The translations under genes were made by a program, and so were the position numbers. Shown one piece after another: positions 38,091 to 55,192 of a stretch of 64,000 nt of DNA. A model generated the notes under the pieces. It did not search any database and was not told the DNA's origin. It saw nothing but the letters and a program-made list of their open reading frames with translations. Position 1 is the stretch's first letter. Each line of letters begins with the position of its first letter. The stretch lies in the NCBI GenBank assembly GCA_965153455.1, contig OZ234494.1, positions 1 to 64,000 on the forward strand, read 5' to 3'. This DNA is from Sphagnum compactum. Its lineage: Eukaryota.

Positions 38091-41000
38091 TCAAAATATG
38101 CCAGTTTGGCTCAGGAAAATGGTTTTGGCTCCCCATAATTGCAGAGAGTTTGCTGTGGATCGTAAATGGCACATACACATTGTGCACCTGTAGGAAAGAG
38201 TGTAATAAATATGATCTGACTGCTGCGAAGTGTTTCTAATTACCCCATCATAATGATTGGTCCAGCTGGTTTGCTATAAATAGTTCCCCACCTATTTGCT
38301 GTCCAAGGTTCAGTTTGATGGGTGAGGCTGCAAAATAGTAAATAACTAAACTTGGATGTGAAAAATATTTTTGCCGAGTCAAATACCGAGGATTTATGGT
38401 GAGCCGAAAAACCTACTGAAAAGCAAATATGGTCGTCTGGCCATTTTCACTATTTTTTTTTGATTGAAAACCTCCAAAATGCCTTTAATTTTTAATTTTT
38501 AACTTTTAAATTTTCTTTTTGGGAAAATCTTGCTGATAAATAAGCCTGGTACTGAGTGACCTCACAAGCTCCTCACATCCCAAAAATCAAATCATCTGTT
38601 CTCTGTCAAAGCCCCATATCTGTGTGGTTGCAAATGGGTGCGGTAGGCCCTGCATCTGCTAGCTGTTCTTTCTGGGTGGTTCAAGTACCACCAATCAAAA
38701 GATCATATTCCTCACAACCCTCAACCAAGGATTTAAAAAAAAAATTGTGATGTTACTGAAGGATTCAGAGCTCAACTCACCATCGAGGCATGCATTGAGC
38801 CAAAATTGGCAATATTCAAAATATGAAAGAAGAAAATCTTGAGCACCCTTTCATATTATAAGCAAGTGTGACAAAATTTGAAAAAAATATTAATTCCTTT
38901 TTTAGCATTTTTCTCTTTAAAGAAAGGGAATTTGCAATGAAATATTCTTCTTTCACAAAATGAAGAAAATTTGCCACAAAAGAAATTGTTGACCACAATT
39001 TGTGGCAATAAATTTAAAAGGAAGACATTAAACATTGCCATAGAAAAACAATGAGACAAGGGATAGGCCAAGGATTACATTAGGAAGTACAACATGCATT
39101 TTTAACCTCTACATATCCGTTGTCCAATAACCTACTAATAATCTTAATTTTGGTCACACAAAATGTGCACAACAAAATACACTAGAACCAGCAATGTTTG
39201 TAAAGTTCTTCATTTTCTTGAACCACTAGAATATAATCTTGGGTCATTGGCCAATGCTACTTCTTCCTTCCCTATTGTTAAATCACACTAGATTTCTTGG
39301 CCATTCCTTGTCCCTTGTAGCTTCCAATACTCCTACACATGCCAATATTTGAAACCTTAGTGATGAGGTGCATTCAATCAATGCCTTCACTATTCATCCT
39401 TGCTCCCTTGCACATGGTAAAGACCTTCTTGAACAAACAAAATATTCTCAAAATAAGAGGAACTCCATGTGAGGAGTTGCAATTTTTTCCATAAAGGGAT
39501 GAGCTCAGGGTGACACTGAAAATGTATATTGACATTAAAAACAAGATCTAAAACACATTTTTTCTCCAAACTTTGGTAATAAAATCTAAGTTTGTTTTTT
39601 TTTTCGTTTTTGTTGTCATTATGACTATAATTTTTTGTCAAATATTTCAAATGATGTGCAATTAATGTTTGGGTCTAACATTTGAAATTCATTTAAAACT
39701 CAAGGTGAAGAAAGGACTCAAAGGCAAGGTTATTTAAACCATAACCTCAATATGCAGATGATACTTGATAAGGGTTTATCGTGCTCTTCAATGTCACTTA
39801 ACAATTGAAGCTGAACTCTATCACACATAATAAGCAAGGAATATCAATGTTGGTGCAGCTAAAGACAGGGTTCATTGACATGGCCTTATGACACATGGAA
39901 TTTGTCGCTCACCAACAATTCAGCTTTGATTGCAGAATCACCACTATTATACTTTTATTACCAATGCATCACTTGTAAAAAACAATTTTTTTAAAAATTC
40001 TTCATAAAACCAAGTGGGCAACTTATGGAGGCCACAGCAACATGGCAAGTGATTTTCCCCAGTTAATGAGCAATGGTAGCATACTAGGAATAGGTCAAAA
40101 GTTAGATCTTAATGTACCTTATTTCGAATCCAACTATTCATGTCTATTTGTGGATTTTCTTCTCCTCAACATGAAAATCAACATTCACATTAAATATGAA
40201 AAGATATAATTCATTTGTGAGCAATGTTTATAAACTTCTGGAAAGGTCAAAACAAACAGTTGTGAACTTCTGATCTTCCTGCACTGTTTAGAGTACCATC
40301 ATTTCCCTCAAGAAAAAACTTATTTTCGAAAACAAAAGAGATATACCTATACATGTGTGGCAGGTGTTAGCGGCAGAGTAACCCAAGACCCAATCTTCAC
40401 ATGCAGGAAGAATCTAAATTCAGACGATGGATCTCATAAGAAGCCAAAATGACATTCATAAATTTACAATTTAGTGAACAAAAGGAGAAAAAATTTCAAC
40501 TAAAATGAAGACAACTAAATATACTCAACTGTGCATATGACTGGTACCCAAACCATACAGGGACCAGCGGTATGGGGCCCCAGTACTTAACCTTTACTTC
40601 CGTGCACATGTCTATCCGTGTGGTTATGCTAATATCTGCCAATGTTTGCTCTGGGGTCAAGCTTGTCAGCAGCCAACAAGCAAACTGCCATGACTTTGTC
40701 CCTCATTGCACGCATAGGCCAGTCATTTTTTAGAATTCCAACTAGTGAGCGCTAATTCCTTCCAGCAATCCCAGATTTATCACCTCTGCTAGATAAAACT
40801 ACATCTGATAAAGAGAATGATTCAGTGTGCTGAGAGGGCGACTGAGTTGGGAGAGGATAATGGATTCCTAACGAACTCTGTCCGGCGGTGGTTTTGGGCC
40901 TGACAGTGGCTAATACTATGTCTCCTGCAGGGGAGGTCGTGGGGTTTCAATACTGGCGCCGGCAATGCGGAAACACTTGGCCAGAATATTGGCAATAAAG

Positions 41001-41494
41001 GGTTCATTCTTCACTTTTTGAAGAACCGAAGAACATTGAAAACCGGGTTGCGTGGTTTCTTGCAGAACTGTGCAAGGCCAAAAAAACTGTGCAAAAAGAC
41101 AAGGCGAACCAGCGCCAGACAGAGCTCGTTAGGGGGTGTTTAGCGCCTTGCCTGGCACATGGTATAGATCTTCTTAAACAAAATGAATATTCACAAAATA
41201 AAGGGACCTCAAGAGTTGCAATTTTTTCATAAAGGCGAGCTCAGGATGATTTGTACAACAAACTTTTTTTTCATTCTTCAACAAAACCAAGTGGGGAAGC
41301 TATGGAGGTCCTGGCAACATTTCAAGTGATAATCCTCAGTTAATGAGCAATGGTAGCATGCTAGTAACAGGTTGAAAGGTAAAATTCCACAAATCTAAAA
41401 TTTAGTTTACCTCCTTTTCTATCTAATTATGGATGTCTATCTATGAATTTTCTTCTCCTCAACATAAAAAAACAACATTCACATTGAATACTAA

Positions 41495-42405
41495 AAAATA
41501 TGACTCATTTTTTAGCAATGTTTATAAAGTTCTCGGAAAAGGTCAAAACGCACAATTGTAAACTTCTGAGCTTCCTACACGGTTTAGGGTATTCCCCCTG
41601 ATTTCCCTCAGAAAAACCTTCTTTTCGAGATATACGTATACGTGCGTGGCAGGTGTGAGTGGCAGAGTAACCCAGGACCCAATCTTCACATGCAGGAAGA
41701 ATCTGAGTACAGACAATGTATCTCAAGAAGCCAAACTGACATTCATAAAATTAATAACTTACTGAACCCAAGGAGAGAAATTTTCAACTAAAAATATTTA
41801 AAAATATGACTCCTTTGTTTAGCAATGTTTATAAAGTTCTCGGAAAAGGTCAAAACGCACAATTGTAAACTTCTGAGCTTCCTACACGGTTTAGGGTATC
41901 CCCCTGATTTCCCCCAGAAAAACCTTCTTTTCGAGATATTCCTATACGTGCGTGGCAGGTGTGAGTGGCAGAGTAACCCAGGACCCAATCATCACATGCA
42001 GGAAGAATCTAAGTACAGACAATGTATCTCAAGAAGCCAAACTGACATTCATAAAATTAATAACTTACTGAACCCAAGGAGAGAAATTTTCAACTAAAAA
42101 TATTTAAAAATATGACTCCTTTGTTTAGCAATGTTTATAAAGTTCTCGGAAAAGGTCAAAACGCACAATTGTAAACTTCTGAGCTTCCTACACGGTTTAG
42201 GGTAACCCCGTGATTTCCCTCAGAAAAACCTTCTTTTCGAGATATACCTATACATGCGTGGCAGGTGTGAGTGGCACAGTAACCCAGGACCCAATCTTCA
42301 CATGCAGGAAGAATCTAAGTACAGACAATGTATCTCAAGAAGCCAAACTGACATTCATAAAATTAATAATTTTCTGAACCCAAGGAGAGAAATTTTCAAC
42401 TAAAA
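41495..42405 (+). repeat. Three near-identical tandem ~307-bp units, nested in an older duplication (39440-40720 vs 41185-42600)
   Basis: TAGCAATGTTTATAAAGTTCTCGGAAAAGGTCAAAACGCAC at ~41513, 41820 and 42126. A diverged fourth copy lies at ~40220-40500, and its flanks are also duplicated (40010-40200 vs 41286-41490; 40530-40710 vs 42415-42595). Confidence 0.92.
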
Positions 42406-45400
42406 ATTTACTCAAAGGTGCATATCACCGGTACTCACGCCACACAGGGACCGGCGGCATTTGGCACCAGTACTTCACCTTTACTTCAGTGCACATGCTT
42501 ATCCATGTGGTCGTCATGCGAATATCTCCCAATGTTTGCTGCTGGGCCAAGTTTTTCTGCAACCAATAGGCAAACTGCCATGACTTTCTCCCTCATTCCA
42601 ATTGCCCATCATAATCAATTCCCAACCCCTCATCAATTCTCTCAATTCTAGGGCATGATGATCAGCAGCCCACTTGGAATTGATTCCACCCTATTGAGCA
42701 TTTCACCTTGCAACTTGCAAGCCCATAAATCCCAACACTCATATCTACTCAACGAAGTCTTCAGGTCAAATGTGCTAGACTAGTTCTTTCCTCGCAAACT
42801 TTACAACTACTTGACAGATTATATTTGTAGAAACAAAGACTTTGTTATGGATGCAATCAAATTCAAAACGATCAAATTGACCCAGCAATGATGACTATGT
42901 TAAAAAATATTGATTTTTTTTTTTTGGTTATAAACGTCTTGTAACATTTTATTAAATAAAGGCAGAAAATAAAATCTGACCTACTTTTCAGAATTAAAAT
43001 AAATTTTTATTTAAATAATATATAATTTGAAAACTTTAGCCAAGAAGAGATAAAGGTTTTTCCCAAGAATTATAAGTTTAGTTAAGAAGAAATATAGGTT
43101 TTGCCATTGCAAAATGAGGAGGGTAGATGGGTAGATGGGGTAGTTGGGTGAGCATGGGTGGTAGGAATGGGGGAAAAAAAAATGACTATTGGAAGGGGAG
43201 CAAAGAATTCTGATTCAACCTTTTTTACTTTGGGAGGTTCAATAACGAAGATGAACACTAGTTCATCCCAAATGGATTGGTGTAGTCATGGGGGCTAGGG
43301 CACTCCAACCCTAGTGGCTTATAGTTACAAGCACAAACACATAAGCTCACAACACATAGGTAATAGGTACATAGAAGTTAGAATAGGTAGGTAGGGGCTA
43401 TTGAAAAGCTTATACTAGGTACGTACTGATGTCTATCCACACTGTGTCGAGTTTGAATTAGAATATTCTTATTCTTCTTCATAATAATAATAGGCTTGGA
43501 TTCTTAAGCTCATGAATCTTTGTAGATATTCATATTTTCTTTTTTATCTAATTTCCTGAAAATTAGAAACAAAGTGCACAAGAAACCCATTTGTGCATAA
43601 TGAAGTGTTATTTCGACCAAGATGACTAAGAAAACAAATTTAGATCACCAAATCTAACAATCCCATTGGCTTGAAAATTAAAATCTTCAGGCTTACACAC
43701 AACCTTTTGTTGAACATTGAAAATATTGATCCTTTTCTACCATTTTCCATTAGTGATTTAAATTTTCACAAACCTACCAAACCTTATTACACCTTTAAAT
43801 AATAGTTCACTCAAGATAATCAAGACAAATAAAATAAAATCACAAAATCCAGTAATTTCATTGGCCATAACATTTTTTCTTCACAACTATTTAAAAGCTT
43901 ATTCAACATTTTTTGTATACTTAGGCTCCATGCTACTACACACTACTAGTGACATTCAACTGCATGGTTATGTGTTTGGGGGATGGAAATATGTTTTTGT
44001 GGTTTATATTTGTGTGGAAATGCAACCCCATATTTGGGACAATGTAGATAGATTATGGGTTGAATACAAATGTTATATTGGTTGCATATGATATTGTAAA
44101 AAGCCCATGAGATGGACCATTCGACTATTGCATGATATTTGCATATGCATATAACAAATGTCTAACATTAATTATTTTATTAATAATTGTCTAGTATCAT
44201 CTGATAATTTTTTTGTTGCTGGTGTGTTTGAATCATATATTGTGTAATGTAAATCTAGTGTGTATGCATGTATTTGGACTAAGATCCAACGGCTATTACT
44301 GATGAAAATGCATTGTATGCATTTGGATAAGTATCTATGTACAATTCCTATCATCGTGTATGTGTGTTGTTGGTATCCTAATGGTTGTAATTTTTAAACA
44401 TATAACATTTGCATTGTTACCATCATATGTTGGTCAATCAATCATCCTATACGATTTAGAAAGACATTTTCACCATTTACAGTTAATTGAATATCTTCAT
44501 GCTAGTAGTCAATTATACAATTATCAATTATGTGTTTAATTCTTCTTTGATCATGATTAAAAAAAATTGTTGTCGCATTTCAATGTGTAGTGTTTAGAAT
44601 TTAAAAAAAAAGAGTTATATCATGTTTTGAAGAAGGTGTTACCATTTTTATTGGTCATTTTTTGAATTTAGTTTTGCTTATGTTTTATATAGTGAGATCT
44701 TGTAGGATTATTAGTCCAGCTATGGAATGTAAACGTGACAATGTTATGTATATGTTGTGCACATTAGTTGAACAATGTCAAGTGGTTGGCAAAGGTCTAT
44801 TATCAAGTCATCAAATGTTTGAATATTTGTCACTTAATATTAATTAAATCCTATTCTTTAAATCTTTTTTTATTTTTAGTCTTTCAACAAATGGAAATTT
44901 GGTCATTTTCCTGCTCATTTTTTGGGCTGCTTGTTAATTCTTTTGCAATAGGTTTGACTACATTTTTCAAATTGTTGATTTGCGAAGAAAAACATATATT
45001 TGTTGTATTAAAATGTCTTTAAATATTTTGAGGTATTTAATTTATTTTTCTTTTAGTGTTTATTGTATCTTTATTTTTATGTAATCTTTCTTTATTTGTT
45101 CTGATTTATTTTGTCTTCGTTGACCTCTTTGGTTTTTTTTTTAAAAAATTGTTTCATTTCATGTCTTTTTGTTTCTTCTGTTTCTATCGATGTTGCTTTT
45201 ATTTGTTGTTATGGACAATTAGATGTTATTATATGTGTAATGAAGATTCAAAATTGTATAAATAAATGTAATTAATTTTTTGATAAATGATGTTCGAAAA
45301 TTGAATTGAAAAAATGTGTGTAAATTTTTATTTTTATAGGTTTGATAATACTTTTTAAAATTCCAACAAAATTACAAATCAATGTATTTGAAAGATTTTT

Positions 45401-48400
45401 TTTCCAATTGTAGTTTGTTATTTTCATTTATTAATTGAAACTCACAAAAAAATGTTACAGAAAAATATAAATTGGTATTGTAATAATTATGTTGAATATA
45501 AAATTATCAGTGACTATGAATTTTTTAAAATCAATGATTTTTTTTTTTCTCCCAAATTCCAACAAACCTAATGATTATGTTTGAAGGAGCTAGCTTTTTG
45601 GTTATGATTGGTTACAAAATATGCACTTGAAAAAAAAAATGTAGATTGAATTTTATTTTATTATTCTAAAAATCAAACAAGCAAACATGAAATATAATAG
45701 AAAGTTGAAAATGAGCTTTTCTTTTTTCCAAATTTGATTTATATGATAAGTTTATAAACATTGTAATTGTTTTTTATTGTATTTGCTTGATTTAAAACCT
45801 GAATTGTATCTAGTTCTAATGTTAAATCGTGCTTTTTGGAAGAGAAATGTTTTCAATATTTGATGTAATATTTTATGGACATTAAATTTCCTAAATGAAT
45901 CACGTCCCCATTATTTAAATATATTGTCAATATCAAATATTTTTATTTTACAAAATTCTTCAACATTGTCATTTTCTATAGTGATTTTCTATTTTTTGAA
46001 TGTCGATTCAACAATTTTTGATGTTGTTGTATTTCTTTTTTTACTATTTAAAAAAAAATCTCTTGATTTTCGTGTCAAACTAAGTTTGTACATGTGTTTT
46101 TCCAATATTCATTCTAACTTGAAATTTTTTTTTGGTATTCTTGTATGAATTTTGAGTCATCTAATCCAATGCAATGCAAAGTTTCATTTGCATATGTGTT
46201 TGTGAATGACACTTGGTTGTAATTTTTGTATTTCTCCCACCCAATAAGATCCTACAATTTTTACAAATAGTGCAAAGGCTATTTCTTTCGTCTTTGGATT
46301 AAATAAGGTGTTGTGATAGTTTGCACCTTTCAAAAGAGTGCCCAATTCAATGTCTCTGATGTTTAAAATGTGGTAATCGTGTTTTTTGTATTGGTCGTAT
46401 AGTGTTTCCGAAATGTTATATTCCTACAATTGTTTTTTGATAATTCAAAAGTATTATGTGTTTCAAAACAAAATTTACAAGTCATATGTTTTGATTTCAA
46501 ATTTCAAATTTTATTTTTAGTTTGGATATGAATGTATAGATATTAACCTTAGGCTTTGAAGATATTATAGTGTTAAATATTGTTACTCTTGCCATTTTTG
46601 TCACATTTTTTTGTATCGAAATGAAACAAATCTAGAACAATTAACACATGTAGAATTATTATTGTCCAATTATGCTGATTTAAAAACATTATTATTTGTG
46701 GTTTGTTGGGAATATACGAGTTTAGAAAAATAAGTTTATTTTGTTTAAATTGTTACCTGATTATATTTTTTGGTGGGGTTGAAAAATATGATTTCAATCT
46801 ATATAAATTATCAGCATATTATTTAATTGTAAATATATATGTTGTTGAACATGTCCTAAAAAAAAGTTATTGAACATGTGTTTCCTTTTCTAGGCAATGT
46901 TTAAAACACATGCTTAAAGACTTGTATAGTTTGGAATTTCAATGTTTGCCAAACTCATTAACCAAAATGATCACAAATTGAATCTTATAAACATATGGAC
47001 AAAGTTTTCAAAGAAAAATAATTAATTATTTCTTTATAAGCAAATTTCACCATATTCTACCACCTTCAATACTCATGCTCCATTTGTACTTTTTGAAAAG
47101 GCATATTAGCAGCTCACACCCTTATACATTTAATATATTCCACAAGGATAGTTGACTTTTCTTTATTTTATTGATATTCTTGTCTGAATAAAGTTTTTTT
47201 GTTACATGTTGCACATTGCATCATATCATTGTTATTTATTTATTTAATTGAAATGCACTTACATCATTTTATCAAGATTATTTCAACATGTCATGTCATT
47301 GACATATGAACATGTGTTATTTAATTGGGCTCAACATTCATATGTTGATCTGGTTCAAAACATCATTAACAAAAGACTCAATGCAAAATGTGAGTATGGA
47401 AAAATGCTTTGGCAGTCATCATGTGAAAAAACCACAATAGAATGATTATCATTCCATACTATTCATGGTACTCAATTCCCATTTTTCCTCTTCCAACTCC
47501 TTTTTTTGGTTTTATCGATCATAAATTTTACAGATTTGTGTGATTTCTTAAATTATATAAACATTTTGTGAGAGTTGTTTGTACAAAGTGCATGAGAGAG
47601 CAAATGGCAAGCATGCAACGAGTTTGGTAATGATCCAATGAAAATGTGTTTCAAATACAAAGCAAAGATGACATTGTAAGAGAAAGAGCTTGCTTGAGGC
47701 AAGTAATGAACTTGATAGATATTCGATAAGGTGTGTAAACTAAGTGGAAAGTACCAATTTTTTTGAATTGGTTGAAATTAGTTCCTTCACTCTACATTAA
47801 AAAAGAAACAACTCATTTTCCACAATTCTCAACATAAATGATCAATTTTCATGAGGTAAATAAGTAGGCCCAACATGTGGTATTAATATAAGACATGGGT
47901 GTCACATAGTTCTTTTTGCAAATTGACATATGCAATACTAGAGTAGTTTGATTGCAGTTTGGATTGTAAGTTGTAAATTTATAAATTGATTAATTTTGAA
48001 CTAGATAGGTTGCAACCCCGCAAGAAGCTGTCAAAGAAAAAATTAAGGTTCTCAAGGGTAATATAGTAGTGGATGTGATTGTAGTTTGGTTTCTCAGCTT
48101 TAATGGAGTGCCAATCCTGCTTTTCTTGTCCATTTTTTTGGGGCATCCTTGATTAGATTTTATGTATTGTTTCCAAATGAAATGGGTTAGTTATAAATGG
48201 TGTAACCTACTTATTTTGGCTTTGTTGTCTTTCCAACCAAGGATCTGTTAGTATGAGGTCTTCAGTGGATAGTGTGCCAAGTTTTGAATTGGGGAGATGT
48301 TGCAGAGGATTAAATCTGTGGCACTGCTGCCCCCTCCTTGGTTACAAATTGATGCCGCTTTGGCACATATTGTAGTGGAGATGGAAAAGAATTTGACTGG

Positions 48401-48924
48401 AATTCCTTCAGGAGGGATTGTGGTGTGCAGCAGTATCTCCATTGCGCTGATCAATCTAGTAAGTTCCCTTGAAGTGGGGACCACTTTGGAGGTTAATGGT
48501 AGCCCTTACCAAAGAATCTGAAGCAAACACACATGGTTTTTCAGTAGGAGACGTTTCTGCAAACATGCTATTGTTCCAAGTTCATTATTGGAAGGAATGC
48601 CACACTTTAGATCATTATATGCAGCATGCAGATCAATTTCTATTTACTAAGAAAATCCCATCTTGCTCATTGCTTGTAGGGGTCAATTTTGTGTGCCAAC
48701 CATGGATTGATACATTTCAGTTCCCTCCTTCATGGGTTGGCTGGCAGGAATGTAGGACTTGAGGCTGTACCAGTTGCATGCTCTCTTGAAAAGCTTGTAT
48801 CTATTAATGGGCATTCAATTTCTATGAAGTTCTATGTTTTATCTTGATGAAGGAGTTGAGTAAAATATTTTTTCTCTGGTCTGTTGTGCCATGTAACTGT
48901 CTACCATATGATTAATATGTGCAG

Positions 48925-51223
48925 GTACAAGGTTATGAACCAGTTGGGTGATGGCACGTATGAGAGTGTCTAGAAGGCAGTGAATAATGATACCAATGAA
49001 ATCGTTACAATAAAGAGGATGAAGAGAAAGTTTTACTCATGGGATGAGTATGAATCTCAGAGAATTAAAGGTTGCTTTCAAATTCTTTGAGCCTACCCTC
49101 TTAGTTATAGAATTTGGCAGTTCCGTGCATATGCCAGAGATGAGCCATGGTGAGGATTGAGGCTATGAACTTAGCTTTTTGCTTAGTTTAGTGCATGCCT
49201 TGAAGGTTCCTTCCTTCTCAGGATTGGCAGCAATTTCAAGAAGATTTTCTCTCTCAATGCAGGTTCTCAAGAAGTCCTGAAATCCAGATTGCAGCTGAAT
49301 TATTTGGTTAGGGGCTGACTACTTGTGTAAACTGACCTAACATGTGTTGGTTGTCTGAGCAGTCATTCCGCAAGTTGAACCATCCAAACATTGTGAAGCT
49401 GAAGGAAGTCATCAGAGAGAAGAATGAGTTCTATTTTGTGTTTGAGTATCTGGTGAAGCTTTTGTTCTTCGTATCCTGATAGTTTGCTTGTTTTTGTAAG
49501 AGGCTATAGACAATATGAATTGCATTCATATTGTTCAAGATTGAAATAATGGCACTTTTGTTTTTACTGGTTCACATTCATTCTTGTAATTCTCTATTGG
49601 ACTTCCTTCGGCAGGAGTATAATCTTTACCAGTTTAATGAAATAAAAGGAGAAACTTTTCTCCGAACCAAAAATATGCAATTGGTGTTTTCAAATGTTGC
49701 AGGCTCTGGCTTACATGCACAGGCATGGTTACTTCCATCAGGACTTGAAGCCAGGTAGGGCATAGACATCAGGGTTCAACTTGGCCTATCTCTTTCTGTG
49801 GAGCATCTTTGATGTCAATTCTTATCAGTCCTCTTTGGCCAGCTTGTGGTAGTGGTTTTCAGTGTAGGACTGACCTTTAGAATGCATATTTTCATTGTCC
49901 TTCCCTTGGGATGTACTCTATTCCTCTGTTGGGGGGAGATTGTTTCAAGCACCATAGGCTATGGCTTACTTATGTCTGGCTTAGTTGAAGCTTACAGTGC
50001 GATACACTGTCTATGCAGAGAATCTGTTGGTAACCAAGGATGTTATCAAGGTTGCTGATTTTGCTGTTGTGAGGGAAGTCTGTTCTCACACCCTTATACT
50101 GACTATGTCTCCACTTGCAAGTATGTTGTCACCAAAGTCCATGCACTAACTTTCATATACTTGTCCCTGCCTTGGAGCTTTATCGATGGTATTTCTGGTT
50201 TTTGTTTTGTCCACCTTGCATGTAGAATGCAGTAGAGTTATTTTTCTAAGTTATAATGATTGAAGAATTTAACATTTCACTGAAGTCTTCTTAACTTGCT
50301 GTTTTCTTTTAGGTATCATGCACCTGAAGTACCTCTGCAATCCTCCTGCTATAGTGCTGCAATAGGTGAATTCTAATCTCCAACCCTTGCTGTTCTTTTT
50401 CTGACAGTTCCCAGATTATGTCTTCTTTTATGCTGTGCAGATTTCATTCTTGTATTCCTTGTCAGGCCAAGCAGGATCCATGTGTTGAACAGATTTGCAA
50501 TAATTATTGGTTTGTTCGGAGGATCATGAGTCTTGGTGATGATGTGTCCTGCCTGTTCATTTTTGTTTCTTTCCTTCTCTTGCTCTGATTCATGTTTTTG
50601 CCTTTCTGTATAGATATGTGGGGGATGGGAGCAACAATGGCAGAATTGTTCACACTACATCCACTTTTCCCAGGTGCAAGGTATGCTTCTGAATTTGCTA
50701 TTGGACATTGCAGTTCACATTTAACTGGTCACTATGTATTTGATGAGTCAGATGCACTGCAGAACTACTTCTGTTGCTAAACCAAGGCATTTTTCAGCTC
50801 TGACTGGCATGGTGAACAGATCTTTTGCAGTATTGGTGGGTGATGATTCTTGGATGCTTGGTAGTCTGTTTTTGTCATCCCCTTTTGGGGAAGGAAATCA
50901 TGTGTTATATATCCCACAGATAAATTTCCATACTTTGCTTGATTGATGTGGAACCTTAGGCCCATGCTTTGGATGTGCTCCCTTGTCAGTTTGGATGTTT
51001 TGGTTTCTGACTATGGGTTTTCTATACTGCCAACAGTGAGACAGATGAAATCTATAAGATCTGCAGTGTAATTGGGACTCCAAATCACGAGGCATGGGCT
51101 GATGGCATGAACCTTGCTGCATCTATGGACTTTCAGTTTCCTCAGGTGTCTTTTGATAAGGCTTGCTACTTTTCAAGCAAGAGCCCAACTGCAGCACAAG
51201 CACTGGAGCACCCTTTCTTTCAG
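48925..51223 (+). pseudogene. MAK/MHK-like (CDKF;4-type) Ser/Thr kinase pseudogene with introns
   Basis: Exons YKVMNQLGDGTYESV*KA...[101 protein letters not shown]. Stop at ~48971, frameshifts, HRD->HQD and DFG->DFA. Confidence 0.92.
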
Positions 51224-51782
51224 GTCTGCATATATGTCAATTTATTGTCTGTTCTAGTTGTTTAGTTCAATCCCAATCAGGTCTCCAAGGCTAATATGAA
51301 CATTCAGATGTCATGTATTGTGGTGGATTCTCTTCTGTTATATTGTCATGTACACTGTTGGCACCACAACGGGTTGTGAGATTTTCAATGCATAACCTAT
51401 GGTACTGTAAGAAATGCCAAAAATGCCTTGTAATATAGGGAAGAAATGCAAGTTGATTTGATGCTTCAGAAGCCTGGATGCTTTTGTTTTATAGGAATTT
51501 TGCTCTCGGTCCTGATAAGTGGGGGTACCTGTAGACATCTTTTTCTGGCTAGGGAAGAGTGAATTGGCACATACATTTTCATGTGAAATTCAGTAAGGTG
51601 AATAGTCTATCTTTGACAGTCTGCTGTCCTTTGGGAAGTCACTGATTAGGCAGATTAGGCAGACCTTAAGGACTGAGATGATTTAAGACCATCCTCATTG
51701 GTTGTATGGTTATGGAAGTTTGCAGCTGTATGACCATCTAAGAGCTCTGAACTAGGATATTAGAGATGCTGAAAAGAATTGA

Positions 51783-53835
<2,053 letters not shown>

Positions 53836-55192
53836 CTTTCTTTTGTGTCAATTGAAGGAGCCATTTACTTTCTAGTTCTTCTATGGTTTGACTGGCAAAA
53901 TAGTATCATTTGACATTTTTCAATTCAAAAAATTGCACTGTGCTTTAGATACTAAAATCATAAGTACAGAGAAATTCTCAGTAATTATAGAGATATTTTT
54001 TCCCAGTAGCTTGATTCTGTCTTTATGGTCTGGTTTCTCTCTTCTTTCGGGTGGAATTCTCTCTTTTTAATGCTTGCTCATGGTTGTGGGCTTGTTTACT
54101 AGAACTGAAATATCCACTTCCTTGTGATATACTCATCTCTCAATTCTTTTCAGGTTGACTAAAACCTTAAGTATTCTCAATGGAAGATACATACTTAAAT
54201 GCAGGTTGTAGTCATACTTCCATCACAAAATATTCATTTAACACTTGGCACTGGATTGGTGCTGAAACTTCTTTTCTGTATTTTCAAAATTTCCAACAAG
54301 CTTCCATATGATTACACTGCAAGAGATTGGACTTCTTATTGGGTGTCGGCTGTGCCCATAGGGAAGAGACTTCACATTGTTATAGGATTTGGACATAAAA
54401 ATCCTATACCAATTTCATACACAGGTGTGCATGTTCCATAGAAGCATGCATCTAGACAATAAGTTCTAGATCCAGTAATGAAAGTTATTAGGTTGAAATT
54501 TGAACCTGCCATAAAGGGTGCTCAGCATGCAACAAGCTGCTTGTTACTGTATCCTAAATGCTTCCCAGAAGTTCCATTAAATGAATTAGAGGGTTGGGCA
54601 TTTCTAAATTCCTGAAACTGGTGAAGGGAATCATTCTTATAGAACGCTGCAAGCCTAGTTTGTATCGACATTGAAAAATTAGTTGACCTTCTCCAACTTT
54701 TTATCTTAGCTATGCCTTTGAACTCTGGATTTAACTGGAACTAATATCTTGTGTCTGTACATAATTAGGAAGCTGAGAGAGAGAGAAGGAAACGCTCTAT
54801 TTTGAAAAAGTTCCCACTTGGGATTAAGAGGCCCTTGAAACAAGGAAAATCAAAATTTTCTTGGCTCATGGTTTGTAATATAAATTTGGGGGTGTTCCAA
54901 CCCAGAGGCAAGCACTACTTCAGTGGGCTGGGAGAAGCGCTTGGTTTTCATCAAGTCAAGAACACCGACTGATTTTCACAACAGAAGCTCTGGGACAGCA
55001 GGGAAGCTCTGTGGTCAGTGTGTGTCTGATTTGTAGTGTGCACCGAGAACCCAGCAGTATGTATTGAACAACAGAAAAAATTGTTTGATAACATGCTCCA
55101 CATGGTGCAGAGAATAACCAGTTACTATGAAAATGAATCCAGTCTCACCGACGTATATAAAGGGACATTGTTCAGCCACTTGATTGACCAGG

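Noticed and set aside
43500-48000. Possible Helitron or other TE relic in a long AT-rich tract
   Set aside because: Only vague resemblance; no convincing Rep, helicase or transposase motif could be read, so it is left unannotated.
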